A stretch of DNA of 64,000 nt from Paramecium tetraurelia (Eukaryota), in NCBI GenBank assembly GCA_000165425.1, contig CT868074.1, positions 310,001 through 374,000 of the forward strand, given 5' to 3'. Shown here piece after piece: positions 27,407-41,250 of this stretch. The first letter of the stretch is position 1. Every line of letters begins with the position of its first letter. The translations under genes and the position numbers were made by a program. Below the pieces are notes generated by a model. The model was not told the DNA's origin. It was given only the letters and a program-made list of their open reading frames with translations, and searched no databases.

Positions 27407-30353
27407 TCATCTTAGTTCTTAAATTTTACGTTCAAGTTTCTCTATATAAGCTGTTTATTCCTGTATTTTCTAAGACAAGCTTGTTAATTAATCCTATTTA
27501 ACTTTAAGTATAATTTCAAGGTCTTTATTCCTTTTGAAGTTATCATCGCTCATTTAAGCTTTTGATCTCAACTCCTGTATTTATAGATACATTTCATCCT
27601 AATTATTCGATAATTCAGTCACTTATTCTAAATATTTCTTTTCTAATCTTTCTTTTTAAATTCTGTTTTGATTCTCCTTTTCTTAATACTTTTTTATCTC
27701 TAGGTGCAAGTTCTTGATCTCAGCTTTTTCCTTTTCAGATATTTGACTCTCTGGAATTGAATGCCCAAGATTTTAAATTTGTTCTTTAAGTTCTTTTATT
27801 TGTTATTGATAATTCTTTTCATCCACCTCTAATTAGCGAATTTTACGATTTTACTATTCTATTTTCTCTTAAAGTGATGCAATTTATGAGTCTTTTTATT
27901 CAAATTAAGCAACCTTTTAAGCTTTACCCATTTATTATTAATCGCTTTCGGCTTACTCATTTTGATTTTATAGAGATTTAAGACGATTCATATATTCAAG
28001 TTTCCTAGCCTCATTGTCTACTTTTCCTTATTTCAAAGATTGATTTTCTTTTTACAGTTTGTCAAGTTCAGTTTTGAGCTAGTTTAAATTTTATTTCAAT
28101 TAATATATTTCTTTGTCTTAATCTTATTTTTACATATTTAACTAATCATTAAGATTTATCAAATTTTTAATTTCTAACTTTTATTTATCGTTTAATTTAA
28201 TTTATTAATCCTAATAGTCCTTATGATTTTATGCTAATACCATGAGGTAGAATGATTTTTGACTATCTAATTCCTATTATGATTATTTTTTTTATTTATT
28301 AAAATCATTTCTTTCTATTTCAAATTTTTATTGCAGCTATTATACTAATAGTTATTATTATAATTCTTATTTATTATTATTATGATTAGTATTAGTATTA
28401 TGATGTAGGATTGATAATTATATTTTAGAGATCATCACTTTATATTTATAATTTCTATTTTTCTTCTTTTAAATTAGCCACACTTAATTATTCATTTTAT
28501 ATTTAAGCTTAATATTAAGATAATAATTATTTATTTTAATTATCTTCTAGTTTTAATTTATCTAATTACATATTTAATTGAGCAATCTCTTATTTATAGA
28601 AAAGTATCTTTGAGGATGTGTTTTATATCATACTATTTGACTCTTCAAAATGTTTTCTCCATTCATCTCTCTCCAAAATCTATTATTGCTATTCTCTGAT
28701 TTGAATGTCATCTTTTTATGAAATTTAATCCTAATATTTTATCTTTGTGTATAGCTATTGAAGCATGTTCTTTAGGTTATCAATAACATTTTAGTCTTCT
28801 AAATTTTGAGTCTTCTTCTCATTTTATGTCTGCTATTCAGATTCAACTTTTGAATTACTAAATTACTAAATATTCTTACTTCTACTTTTCAAGTTATTCA
28901 ATTTATTTTTTTTGTCTCTAAATTGTCATTTTCTATTTATTAATTTACTCTTCCAATTCTTTACATTTATTTTAATCAGAAATCCCGAGCTAATTTTCTT
29001 TTTAATTTTTTAATTGTTCAACCAATTAAATTTATTATTCTAGTTATTGATTTATTTAAAGATTCTCTTTATTATAACTTTCAATGATATTAATGATATC
29101 TATCAGCTAATTAGAATGTTATTCTTGAATTTATATGGCTTTTATTTCTATTTCTGCATTAGCCTATTATAACAAACCTTCATATTTTCTTAATTTTATT
29201 TTACACTCTTTTAATGTGGACTCTCCATCCAAATTCTTACTATCAGCCATTTTTTCTAATTGTTTTTTATAGTTTTCCTTTTCTTCAAGCGTTGATTATA
29301 ACGTTTTTTATAATTAAAGAACCTAATCTTCCTTCACTAAGTTTGTCTTTGCATAATTTTCAATTTAAATTCTTTATTGAGTAATTTATTTTTCATATGT
29401 GTTTTTGGCAATGTCAAGTTATTGCTTAGCTGCTTACAAATCTAATTTAATCTATATATATGCTTGAAATTACCTCTTGTCAATTAAAGGTTTTTTTCTC
29501 TTAAACTCAATTCATCTATATTCATTTAATTAACCCCGCTTTCAACTCCTATATTTTCTTTCGCAGCTCTCAATTCCTCCTACAGAGTTGCATTTTCTTT
29601 ACAATGTATAAGTTATATTTATACATTATTTTTCAAATTCAATTGCCTTTTCTAGTTTAGAAATTTGCAATGAGATTTTTTTATCTACAGACTTCATTCC
29701 ATTGATTTAATACTCCAGTTCTGATATTTTCTGTTCGAGCTCTATTTTTAATTTTTCTAAATCTACTATTTTTTATTCTTATTCCATAACAATCTAAGCA
29801 TTTACAATTCGATTTTATGATGACAAGCTATCTTATTTCTAAAATATTTTTGATTGTTTATCTATTACCTCTTGAATATTTGTTTTCTCTGTTTGGTCAG
29901 ACATTACTTACTCGACTTAAATCTAACTTTTTAACTATTACATCTAATCCATTAGATCATATTTTTTCTAATTTCTCGATTTCGTTTAATCCTAATCTAG
30001 ATCTATCAATTTTACTTATAATTGTGAGATATCCAACTTAAATTATTCTTATTGTGACATTAGCTGTCGATTTTATTTTTCTAAATCTCCATATCGCAAA
30101 TTTTTATTATACAGAAATTCTACAATGATTTTGAATGTGCTTACTTAATATTGGAATTATTTGCTTATTTAATTATTCCTTTGCTCTGATTGCTTATTAT
30201 AATATAATCAACTCTAAATTTTTTCAATATAGAATTACAGTTTTATCCTTATGATTCTTTTTGATTCATAATCTAATCTAGAATAGATGTCTAGTTTTCA
30301 TCCTGAAATTTCCCTACAAATATACGGATATCATCATCATTAAAATCTTCCAT
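27407..30353 (-). CDS. Gln/Glu/Lys-rich coiled-coil protein (~950 aa)
   Basis: MEDFNDDDIRIFVGKF... long heptad-like Q/E/K/L sequence ending YIEKLERKIQELR*; a few introns. Confidence 0.8.
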
Positions 30354-30542
30354 AAAAAATAAAATAAAAATATAATTAGGATTTAAGACACTAAATTTAA
30401 GCATCAAACTAGAAGCTTGGCAAAAATTTGTAAATAAATTTTTAATTAATAAATTAAATAATAGAAATTCTAAATAATAGAATTTTAGATTTACATATAG
30501 TTTTGTTAACTGGAATAATAGTATAATTTTTAAAAAGCAACT

Positions 30543-31382
30543 ATGAAAAGGAAGCAGAAGGTCGACTAATTAGAATAGACTGTTATTCAAAAAAAAATCA
30601 AGAAGGATGTTGGAAAACCAATTGGGTTGTTGAAAATTAATATAAAACTTCCAGATATTTGGTCTGTTTCAAATAAAGAGGTTCAATTAATTACCTTTTT
30701 AGTCAATTAAGGAAGGCATGTTTGCCTACACTCAGCAGTATTAAACAAGGACTTAAATAAAAAAAAAGTAAATTCTATTGAAAAAGACAGTAATGCTCAC
30801 TTCTCAATAGATGAAAAGGAATTGTATGATAAAATCGAGGTTGCAGCTAAATTTTTATTTGAGTGGAATTGCTCGAAAAGGAATGTTGTGTATTTCTTTA
30901 GGAATGATAATCACTTCAAAATTAAGTATAAAAAATCAACTCTTAAAAATGAATAATGGACTAAATTGTTAAAGCATATTAAATTTTTACTAAATGAGAA
31001 ATTTTATGAGGAATTGCATATGATTTTAGAATAATTTGAAAATAACGTCACAGATGAGGAGATTGGAGATTTTTTGATTTCTAAATCATTAATTGGATAA
31101 TTATCTGAAGTTCCATAATTGGTTTAGAATTGCTTCATTTTATTGATTAAACAAAATAAAATATCCATCTAATAATCATAAATAACTGCAAAATTCTTAG
31201 AATAATTAAAGAGTACATTCTTGATTTCGATATAATAAAATAGACATCTTCTTTTTTAAAGTATAGGAAGCATAAGAAATATTATGTATGACAATTGTTA
31301 ATCTGAATCATACATTAGTGATTCCAACTCTGTAGATTATGATTTGAATCAAGAAATATTTTTTAATTCAACATCCTATTGA
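30543..31382 (+). CDS. Hypothetical protein
   Basis: MKRKQKVDQLEQ...; after a probable intron near 30681 a long frame ...YDKIEVAAKFLFEWNCSKRNVVYFF... runs to TGA 31380-31382. Confidence 0.65.
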
Positions 31383-31828
31383 GTATAAAGAAATAAGAGC
31401 AAAAGCAAAAATTAAATTTATAAATTTTTATCAAATATGAATATAAATTTATTTAAATAAATTTAATATAAGTAGTTATGATTTGCAGATATTTAATAAA
31501 AAGAATATTTTAGATCTGCAAAATAGTAAATAAACTCCCCTACATTTCCATTTGTTCTTAATTTTATTAATGAAATATGATTATATTATTAAAATACAAA
31601 ACATTAAAAATATAAGTGTAAAAATTTAAAAAGCCCTGTGAATTCAAAAAAAAATTACAAATTTGATAAATAAAAGAACAAATATCAAAAATACTAAGTG
31701 ATTAAACATACATTTTGGTTGGTTAATTTAATTATATACAATATTATCATAATACAGTGATTCTTATGTTTCTAACATTTAAAAATGCAATAACAAGTAT
31801 TATATTATTTTTAATATTAATAATTTGA

Positions 31829-32206
31829 ATGGGTAACAGCACATCATAAAATGAATTCAATGCTCAACACTATTAACAAAATTCAGGTTTATCTCTAAAA
31901 GAAGTCGAAGGAATTAAAAATGTTTTTGATTCTTTGGATCCAAAAGTATTTATCAAAAATTCAAAATGTTAGGATGGCTTAATACAGACAGGAACCCTTC
32001 GAAAACTTTACAGAGACTCATATGATGCACCATAGTTAAATAACAAGATTGGGGATAGAGAAACATTAACATTTGATCAATTTTTTGAGTTGATGAAAAC
32101 AGATATGTTAGAGAAAAAACGACAATTTCCAGGGGTAGATTTTGATGATGGTATAAATGAAAATGTTTAATGCTTCTTTTGCCATCCTCAAAGACAACAG
32201 AGTTGA
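31829..32206 (+). CDS. Small N-myristoylated EF-hand (centrin/calmodulin-like half) protein
   Basis: MGNSTS...GLSLKEVEGIKNVFDSLDPK|DGLIQTGTLRKLY...ETLTFDQFFELMK...CFFCHPQRQQS*; one intron. Confidence 0.7.
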
Positions 32207-32502
32207 ATTTATATATATACATTAAATCGAATTCTTTGTTTAAATAAATACTAATTAAATAGCATATAAATAAATGAGATGGTAAATCCATTTCAATATT
32301 TTTTAAATGATACGACATCACAATTGGGACTTCATTTTCTATCAGGAATAAATTCTAAATCTCTATTTAAAAGATAATTTTAAGAATTTTATTTCAAAAT
32401 TTTTAGTTGTTTTAATTAAAAGAATGTTATCTATCCTATTTCCTAAATTAAGTTATAAAATAAAATTAAAGAAGATATATATATATTGTATTGATATATG
32501 AA

Positions 32503-34505
32503 TCATTATGTTATGTGAGCACCCCTCATTTTTTTTTTCAACATATCCTCAACTCTATTGGCAACCAATGGATGGTATGACCATTTATCTTAAGCAAACC
32601 AGGCATCAGCTTCGTTTCTATGATAAATTTATTATTTACGGATAATTTGGGATCAGTACTTCATATGTACCAACAACATAGGATCTCACTCCTAAACTTT
32701 ATAAAAATCCATGAACTGCTTCAAGTCCAGGATCATATTTGGAAAGAATGACAGTCTTATACCACTTAAAGGCTATTTTTGGACCAGATTTGGTTCCTGA
32801 TAACTTATAATAGTCATCTAATTCTTTAAGTCTTTGGTGGTTTAATTTAGTGTAGTTATCTAAGATTTGTTGCATGAAGATCATTTTTTGATTGGGCATA
32901 TAATTGATGTAGTCATCTGCATTTGCTGGTTTCCCTTGGTTAATCCATTTATTGGCCAAAGCTACAGCTTCATCATACTTTGGAGTTTTGAATTCGATAG
33001 TTTTTGGAGGCAATCCTTAGACTTAAATAAGAAAATACCTTATTAATAAACCCAAGGTTTGTAGACAGCGACGATATCATCTATTATTTTTTAAGTATTG
33101 ACTTTCACATTTGACCTAACCCAATCTAATAAGAATTTATAGAAATCATCTTCATCAATGCTCTAAAACTTAAAATGATCTAAATATTGCCTTAACATAA
33201 ATTTAAAGTTTTCTTCTCCAATCAATTATTCTAAGTAATACAATAGTTGATATCCTCTTTCATAAGGGACTGAGGAAGTGGAATCATCAGGGTTCTTCCA
33301 ACTTGTGATGGGATGCAATGTTTAATATGATTTTTCATCAGGATCAGTTAAACCTTGAATGGCTGATATTAAATTAAAGTTTCCATTGATGGCTTCAATG
33401 ATGTCATAATCTTGGGGTCTCACATACTTGTATGTTTTCCTTTCTAAAAAGACACAAAATCCTTCCATGATCCACATATTGGACCAATTGTTTCCTGTGA
33501 CTGTATTACCCATCCAAGAATGAGCTATCTCATGAACAGCAGTGCCAACTCCACTTTTATCACCAACAATAATGACTGGACTTGCGAAGGTTAATAATGG
33601 GTGTTCCATTCCACCAAAAGGAAATGATTAAGGCAATATGACTATTTTATAATCTCCCCAAATATAAGGACCTATGTAATCTGTCATTTTTTCAATAAAG
33701 AATGGCAATTCATCTAATTCTTTTGCATAATCATCCAAATAAAAAGGCTCTGAAATCACATAGCAATTAGCTCCAATATGTTTCTATTCGATCTCTCCTG
33801 CCACTATACCTATCAAATATGCTGGGATTGGAATATTCAATTAAAATGAATATGTATAAAATGTGGATTCCAATCCGTATTGTCCGATTAAAGGCAATGA
33901 TGCAATTTATTCTCCTGTCATAAATGCCTTGATTAAAGGATTGGTGCTTATCACCGTTGCAGTGAAAGTAAATTTGACACTGGGAGTATCTTGTAGAGGT
34001 ATGATTGAACGGCAATTGTTGGTTTCGCATTGAGTAAACATGTATGGAACTTTCTTGCTGTGAGTTTATTCTTTAGTAAGGAAACCAACTGCTCTGGCTC
34101 TTTCATCATATGCATATTTAATTTTTAATATTATGTTTTCTAAAGGGTTGTAATCTCTATCCAACACTATATGCAATCTATCGCCTTGAATTAAAGATTA
34201 TTCTTTGACGACTTGGATTTCATGTTTAAGTGTATTTCCATTGACTAAGTACACATTTAAGATGCTCAGTTGATATACATCCAAATCAATCTAGATTCTA
34301 AATTATATCATACATAATTGGTGTGTTTTAGAAACTTGAAGGAAATTTAGGCTGTGCCATTAACAATTTTTTTGTCAAGGTCCAACAGCCACTCCACATG
34401 TAGATGATTCATTCTCACATCCAAATAATTACTGAATGTATTGGGATCAATATCAACAGTCAAGCATTAATGCATTAAGAAGGCAAAAATTATTAGTTTA
34501 ATCAT
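32503..34505 (-). CDS. M1 family aminopeptidase / leukotriene A4 hydrolase-like, with signal peptide
   Basis: FGGMEHP, HEIAHSW-x-EGF zinc motif, YMFTQCE, QDTPSVK, PYERG, YHPLVA; hydrophobic N-terminus MIKLIIFAFLM. Confidence 0.93.
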
Positions 34506-34684
34506 TCTTATTGATAATAAAAAGTTTATTTTTTATTCTAATATTTATATAGTTAATTTTTACCTCATGATCGAATGAATGACTTCAAAACTTACTGCTT
34601 AACTAGTATTAAATAAAAAAAAAATTAGAAATAAGTATAATATTATGATTGGTAGTTTTTGTATTTTTATTAATTTAATTTATT

Positions 34685-36734
34685 ATGTTGCACATATTCA
34701 GAAGAAGTAAGAAAAAATTAAGGTTTAGGTCTACATAAAATAGATATTTTTGGATAAAACATTACATTAAATATGAATCAGGAAGCTTAGTACACAACAG
34801 AATTTGGAGGAATTTCATCTTTGTTAATTATTGTTATAGTAATTTTGTTCTTCTTTTCTAACATTTTGGACTTTTTTGCTAAGTCTCAGGTATTTACAGA
34901 TGATGAAACCTTAATTTCAAGTGATCCACAATTGCTAGAACTTAATTCAGACAATTATATGTTAGCTGTCTCCATAGAGTAGACTAATTATTCTTAGAAT
35001 CCTTTCTTTAATATTTCAATAGAGTAAAGGTAACCGGTTTATTTATTCAAGATAATATGACAGAGATGCAAATGGAGAATTGAAGAAGACAATAACATAT
35101 ATTTAACTTTAAGAATGTAGATTTGATTAATTTGATAAAGTGTTCTCAAAACAAGGAATTAATTTTACGGAATAATTCAATACTCTCGGACTAAAAAATT
35201 GGTTATGCCCTAAGTAATAATGAAAATTTGTACTTTAGAGATGATTTCAAGATCCTGCTCAAAGGAACTTATTCGAGTGATTAATTTTCATTTATTAAAC
35301 TTGTTGTAAAAGAGTGTGAAAATTCAAATTCACAAAATTAATCCTGGAATCCAATCTGTGCTAACGAATAAGTTAAACAGCAATATCTAAATAAAGAAGG
35401 ACAATTTAAACTCTAACTTTACTAGATTAATACAATAATCAACTTGAACAAACCTCAAAACTACCTAACCCAATTTTTAGACAGTGACATGTATTTTACT
35501 TTCGTTCCAAAAAAACTTTCGAGATAAGCTAATATTTACTTCAGGGAATCTAAAATTATCAATGATAATAGTCTTTTACCTTACAAGTAACAATGATAAT
35601 TATCACCAAGAGACTAAACAGAAACAAATGCTATTGTTAGAAAGAACGAGGATTTTCGTGATTTAACAGAATTAGGAAGAGACGCAGATGATCAATACGC
35701 AATTATATATATGAGAAGAAGTTAATTCACTCAAATAGTATATAGGAAGTTTCTAAAATTAGGAGAATTATTATCTTATCTTGGAGGAGTAGTATAGATA
35801 ATGAGATTGTTATTTGGTATTGTTATAGTGTTTTGCAATAGATAATTAAGTATAGTATTCATCTTACTTAGTGTTAATTGAACTGTCTAACAAACTGTAT
35901 GATTTTAAAGAAATCAAACAAAAAAGATCTGAACAACTCTCTCCTCCCTAAATCACAGGGAGTATACCATAAGATACTGCAAGGTCTAAATATATTGAAG
36001 ATTAATTGAATTCTCCAGACCCAGATGTTATTTTAGATGTTAGAAATGATGTATCCTTATGTCCAAGTACAACTAATATCAAAAATGCTATCGATAAAAT
36101 CTTAGATGAATCTAATCCTATCAGATTTTCATTTAAATTGTTTCTAAACAAACTTACATGTGGCTTCATGTTCAAAGATAGGAATGCCATCCTTCTAGAA
36201 AAAGCGATCGATAGAATGAATTAGGATTTAGATCTGCATAGTATCTTATATAGAATCCAAGAAATAAGCAAGATTAAGAAGTTACTGTTCAATGAATAAC
36301 AAATGATCTTATTTAATTTTACACCAAAACCACTGATATCTCTAAATAGCAATAGTAGAGTACCTTCTCGCTTGTTGATACATGATTCAAAAATCAGTAG
36401 ATTAAAGAGATTAAATAATTTAGACATCAAAGAATAAGATCAAATTTCCTGTATGCTTTTGAATGTACTATTTATAGTTAAATAGGCTTATGTTTTAGTT
36501 AAGGATGAAATCCCAACAGAATTATAGAGTAATTGCTCGTTGAAAATCAATCAAAAGTTAATTGAATTGATGATTCAAGAAACGAAGGATGCTGACGTTT
36601 CTTATAAGCATTTGACGTAGACTCCGAAAAAACCTTTCATTTCCTTTAAGTTTTAGATGAATGATCAATAGAATGATTAGGAATAGATAAATGAAAACAA
36701 TGTAGACAACCCAATCATAAATGGATAATAATGA
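34685..36734 (+). CDS. Ciliate two-TM protein with large Cys-containing ectodomain
   Basis: IDIFGQNITLN...YTTEFGGISSLLIIVIVILFFF (TM1), ectodomain with WLCP and GTYSSDQF, KLGELLSYLGGVVQIMRLLFGIVIVF (TM2), then LDLHSILYRIQEISKIKKLLFNEQQMILFNFTPKP. Confidence 0.8.
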
Positions 36735-36817
36735 ATCCTTTTAATTTAGTATAAAGTGTGATATCATAATATTTTTATCTTCTAAATATTTTTAATAATT
36801 TAATTAATTTATATTCA

Positions 36818-37029
36818 ATGAGAAAGAAGGTCTACACTTAAGCATATTTCTTGATCCAAAACAACCAAAACTACAGCCATTCATTTGGAGTAAGAATGAA
36901 GTACGTTGGATTAAACACATTGATTGGAGTCTATGCAGTTGCTAGATATTATTTCAATGCATTAAGATTGAAAGTACTTATCTTTTCTAATGCAATTAGT
37001 CAGCTAATGGAGAAACTACTTTCGATTGA
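36818..37029 (+). CDS. Small (~61 aa) single-TM protein, possibly a ciliate respiratory complex II membrane subunit
   Basis: MRKKVYTQAYFLIQNNQNYSHSFGVRMKYVGLNTLIGVYAVARYYFNALRLK|SANGETTFD* after removing a 26-nt GTAC..TTAG intron. The functional call rests on recalled similarity to a Tetrahymena subunit and is unverified. Confidence 0.6.
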
Positions 37030-37209
37030 TTGGTTGATAAATTATGAAATATTATAATAAATATCATAAGGACAATATTATATATCTAGAAAATTAATGT
37101 TATGCTCAATCATTGCTTTTTTAAACTTATTAGGATATGCAGAAGCATTTCCATTGCATTCCATAAGCATCCAACTCTAAGAAATCAAATTTTTATTTAA
37201 GTTAATTAC

Positions 37210-39602
37210 TCAAAATTAATAATTCAATTGTTATTCATAATTATTATTGTACAATTAGACATTTGGCAAATCTTTGTTATTCAGACCCTTTCCTTAAAGT
37301 ATTTTGGGTTCCTCAGGAGCAGAAGAGAATTAGATCCTTTTGCAAACATCACTAAAGTTGGGACTGAATTATTTGTTTAGTAATCCAATTGCTGTGTCAT
37401 CATTATCATCTACTTGAATTTCAGCTTCTATCTTATCAAACTGTTATTAATCACTTCCTACGAAACCAGAATTATCTGCAAAAGAATTCTATTCAGTTTT
37501 TTGAGTATGATTTAAATAATTTCTATTTAAAACATTAAAAAGTTGATATCTTTTCTAGCAATACTAATTTTATTGTTAAATTTCCAATTAATTTTGTATC
37601 TAAATATTATAAAAATAAAATACTCTCTCTAAATTCAAAGTAACTGGCAATAAATTTTTTCGTATGATTTCATTGCACACTCTATTCCAAGAGGCCATTA
37701 TTGCTTCTTCTTCTTAATTCTTCTATCGGAAAGTCTTATACCCTTGCACTTAGTTCAAGATTTAATCGATATCCTCGAAATTCACCAAAGTTTAATTAAT
37801 TAAAGTGCTATTTGGACGATCATAGGAATCTGAGGATTATAATTCTTCCCTAATGTGTTAGGTGTTGGGAGTTTTCATAGATATCTTGTTCCCTTCACTA
37901 ATAGTAAAGTGTTTTCGATCAGATCTGTAGTCCATATTTTGATGTTCACTCTCTCCAAAGTTAGGTACTGATTAAATTGTATCAAGACATCCACTAGATT
38001 CCAATAATGATTTATCTGGAGTATAATAATCATTTGATTATTCCTCTATGATATCTAAAAAATATTTAATATTTTTTGGAATTCTAGATCTTTTTCTTCT
38101 TTTCATTTTCTTTTTCTAAACTGAATTACTTTGCTTTTTCTCACTTTCCTATGTTTTTTAACAAGGTTCACAAAATTCTTGATATGATTTTTTATCGCTC
38201 TATTAATTAATTGTACCACTATTATTTATACTTAAATTGTCTTTCTCTAGTTTCTTACTAATGTTAAGATTAGGTGTTTAATTTTCTATTGATTATTACT
38301 CTTAGTATTCATCATCAGAATTTTGAGAGAAGTTGAACTATTTCTAAGCAATGTCATAGAAATTTTAACTAATTTGATTGTAATTTGGATTATTTTGGAA
38401 ACTATCATAATCAACATGGAAATTATCATCAAATTCATCTATTTCATGCTATTTGCTTTTTTTACTAAAAACAGATTCTCTGTTACTATTATTATTTGAG
38501 TTTCGGTGACTAGAAAACTGCTACAATTAATTACTATATTCATCTTTATTTGATGAATGTTATTATTAATTTGGATTTTATTGGGCATTGTAATTAATTT
38601 ATTGTTAACTAGTTCTTGTATTTTAAATTTATTTGGATGATTTGGTATTACTATTACTATAACTATTCTGTCTTGTATTGTTTTTAGTGTATTCTTCAGA
38701 ATTCCTCTATGATTTTTATTAATTTTTTTAGATTGATGAATTAGTATTGAAATTAGAATTATAATTAGTATTGTTTGAATTATAATTTTATATGTTAGGT
38801 TAATAGTTTGCTTTAGGTATTTACTATTAATATTTCTGTGGTTCATTTTCATTATTAGCTTTCTAGCTTTATTTATTTACATAGTTGGAGGATTAAAGTT
38901 ATTTTTAACTATTTTGCTTATGAAATAATTTGAATCCGTCTTTTAGATTATCAGCTTTGGGATCTCTTGGTTGTTAATTAATTTTTTATTCGCTTAACTG
39001 TCGTTTTTATTTTTAATCACTGGGAATAAATTAGGCACTTCCATTTGTATTTGAACTATTTTCAGTAAATTTGATGATATCATTTGCCATTTTCATAATA
39101 TCATCAGCAACATTAGCCTATAAATCTTACAAAATTTCTTGTATTTTACTTGGACCTCTAGTATGAGTAGGTTTGCGATCATCAACTGTATATTCTGTTT
39201 CATCAGTAAGAGTAAATAATCTACCTCCGAATCCTTTATTTTAATTTTAAAAATGCTGAGTAAATGTTTACAAAGGTGATCTTAAATACTGAGATTGCTA
39301 AGATTTTTGAGTACTCTATTAGGAGAGACAAGCTTCCTAACAAGGAACAGGAATATAATCAGATTCATAATCATTTTCTTCATCTTCAACTTCTTGTAAT
39401 TGCATACTAGTTCTAAGGATTTCAAATACTGAATATTATTGACAATAATTTACCTTTTTGTTTCTTTTCCATTTCCTATTCAGATTATTCTTCTATTATA
39501 CTAGTTTAAAATAATACCCTCCTCATTATTAATAAATGATAGGACTTTAACTAACATATTGCAATTTTGTGGAATCATTTGTATGGTCTTTTGGTTCAAC
39601 AT
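37210..39602 (-). CDS. Asn/Gln/Ser-rich low-complexity hypothetical protein
   Basis: MLNQKTIQMIPQNCNMLVKVLSF... long code-6 frame with several short introns. End points approximate. Confidence 0.65.
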
Positions 39603-41250
39603 TTCTGCTTCCAAAGTATCCGTTAATAATAAATATATTTATATATTTTTAATAAATTTGTACGTAACTTTTAAAGTAAACAATAAAATAATGTAAAAGA
39701 CTCAAACAAATAATCTCTAAAAATTAATATATAATTAAAAATATCAGTATTCATTAATCTATTACCATTATATATAGTTCTAATGTATTTATTAGGTAAC
39801 TAAGATGTGATACACTTCTAATATATAAACAAGAAATTGATGCATTTAAGAACAATAATTATACTTAATTTATGTTAAAGCTAATATTATATTAATACAA
39901 TAATAATTTGTTAAGACTAAGAATTATTATATAATACAGAATTTGATTATTGCATGAGGTCAAGGCTTTGTCACTGTGGATTACATCTAAGCCTCAATAA
40001 ACTTCTACAAATCTCTCTTTACCAATCTATGTGGAGACTAGTTTTACTTGTATAATAGTAATTGAAATCGGATAAATATCCATAATAGGGATATTCTACA
40101 ATATATTAGAGATGATAGTATATAAACTAAAACCTGTTTTGAATAATTTTTTTATTAAAGCAGATTATGGCATAATGAAAAGAAGAAAGTGATTTACATA
40201 TGAATTGTAATAAAATTGCTCTTTTTTGAAAATTTGAAATAATAATTGACATAATAGGTAACTCTATATTTTTGGATTATGATATTAAGATGATAATTTT
40301 AAGCCTGTTGATATTTTTATAGAGTGCATCAAGGATTTGTAGAGCAACTTGAGTACATTTGTCTTCAATGTATTTTCGATTTAAAAGGTACGAATTGAGC
40401 AATTCAGAAATGTTAGACTTGACATTTGGTAGAATAATACCAAATTGATTTCTAAATTAAAAAAGAAAACAATTTTATTTTTTTTAAGCATTTAAAGAAA
40501 ATGAGTTTAACCATTCGATTAAAATTATTCAAAATTCTCTGGATGGATCTAAGCTTTACCATTTAAATATCAAAGTTTAAATAGTGTCAAAAAATTAAAA
40601 TGAATCAAATTGAAGGTTTGCTTAATACTCACTGAATAAATCAGTTGATAATATTTAAGGTAGATATAATCCTAACTTACTGAAATTGGCGAATTTTGCT
40701 GATAAATTTAACAAAAAATATCAGTAAAATTATAAAAATATAAGCAAACTGAAAAGAGACTTCATAATTAATCAAACCTTAAGAATTTTCTTATTTATAA
40801 TGTATTCATGTACTTGAGTTTGTAAAACTCTAAAGTTAAGAACAGAATAACTCAGTAATTGAGAATTTAATTACATAATTTATTAACACATTTTAACCCT
40901 TCTATTTTTAATTTTATTATTTGATTTCTTTCTTGGAGGCGTTTTTCATCTATATAAATTAACCTTTTAGTTACTCTAAATGTAAAAAAAATCTAATTTT
41001 CGATTTTTCAAACATCAAAAGCCATTATCATTATAATTCTATGATGAAAAGCAATAATTTCTAATCTTTTCATATTATAAATATTAATCTCTACCTTCAT
41101 TATATAAATACCAATTTGAACAAACTGTGTTTAATTAATGGATCTTAAGATTGATTTTAAAAGTTACAAATTTAAAATATATTTATTTATATTTGTTTTA
41201 TTTCAATTAAATTGATTATTTATTAATTTTTATTATTAAGCCAGGAAATA

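Noticed and set aside
31482..31522. 9-bp inverted repeat tttgcagat...atctgcaaa
   Set aside because: Short and AT-rich, with no target-site duplication or clear IES-end consensus; compatible with chance.
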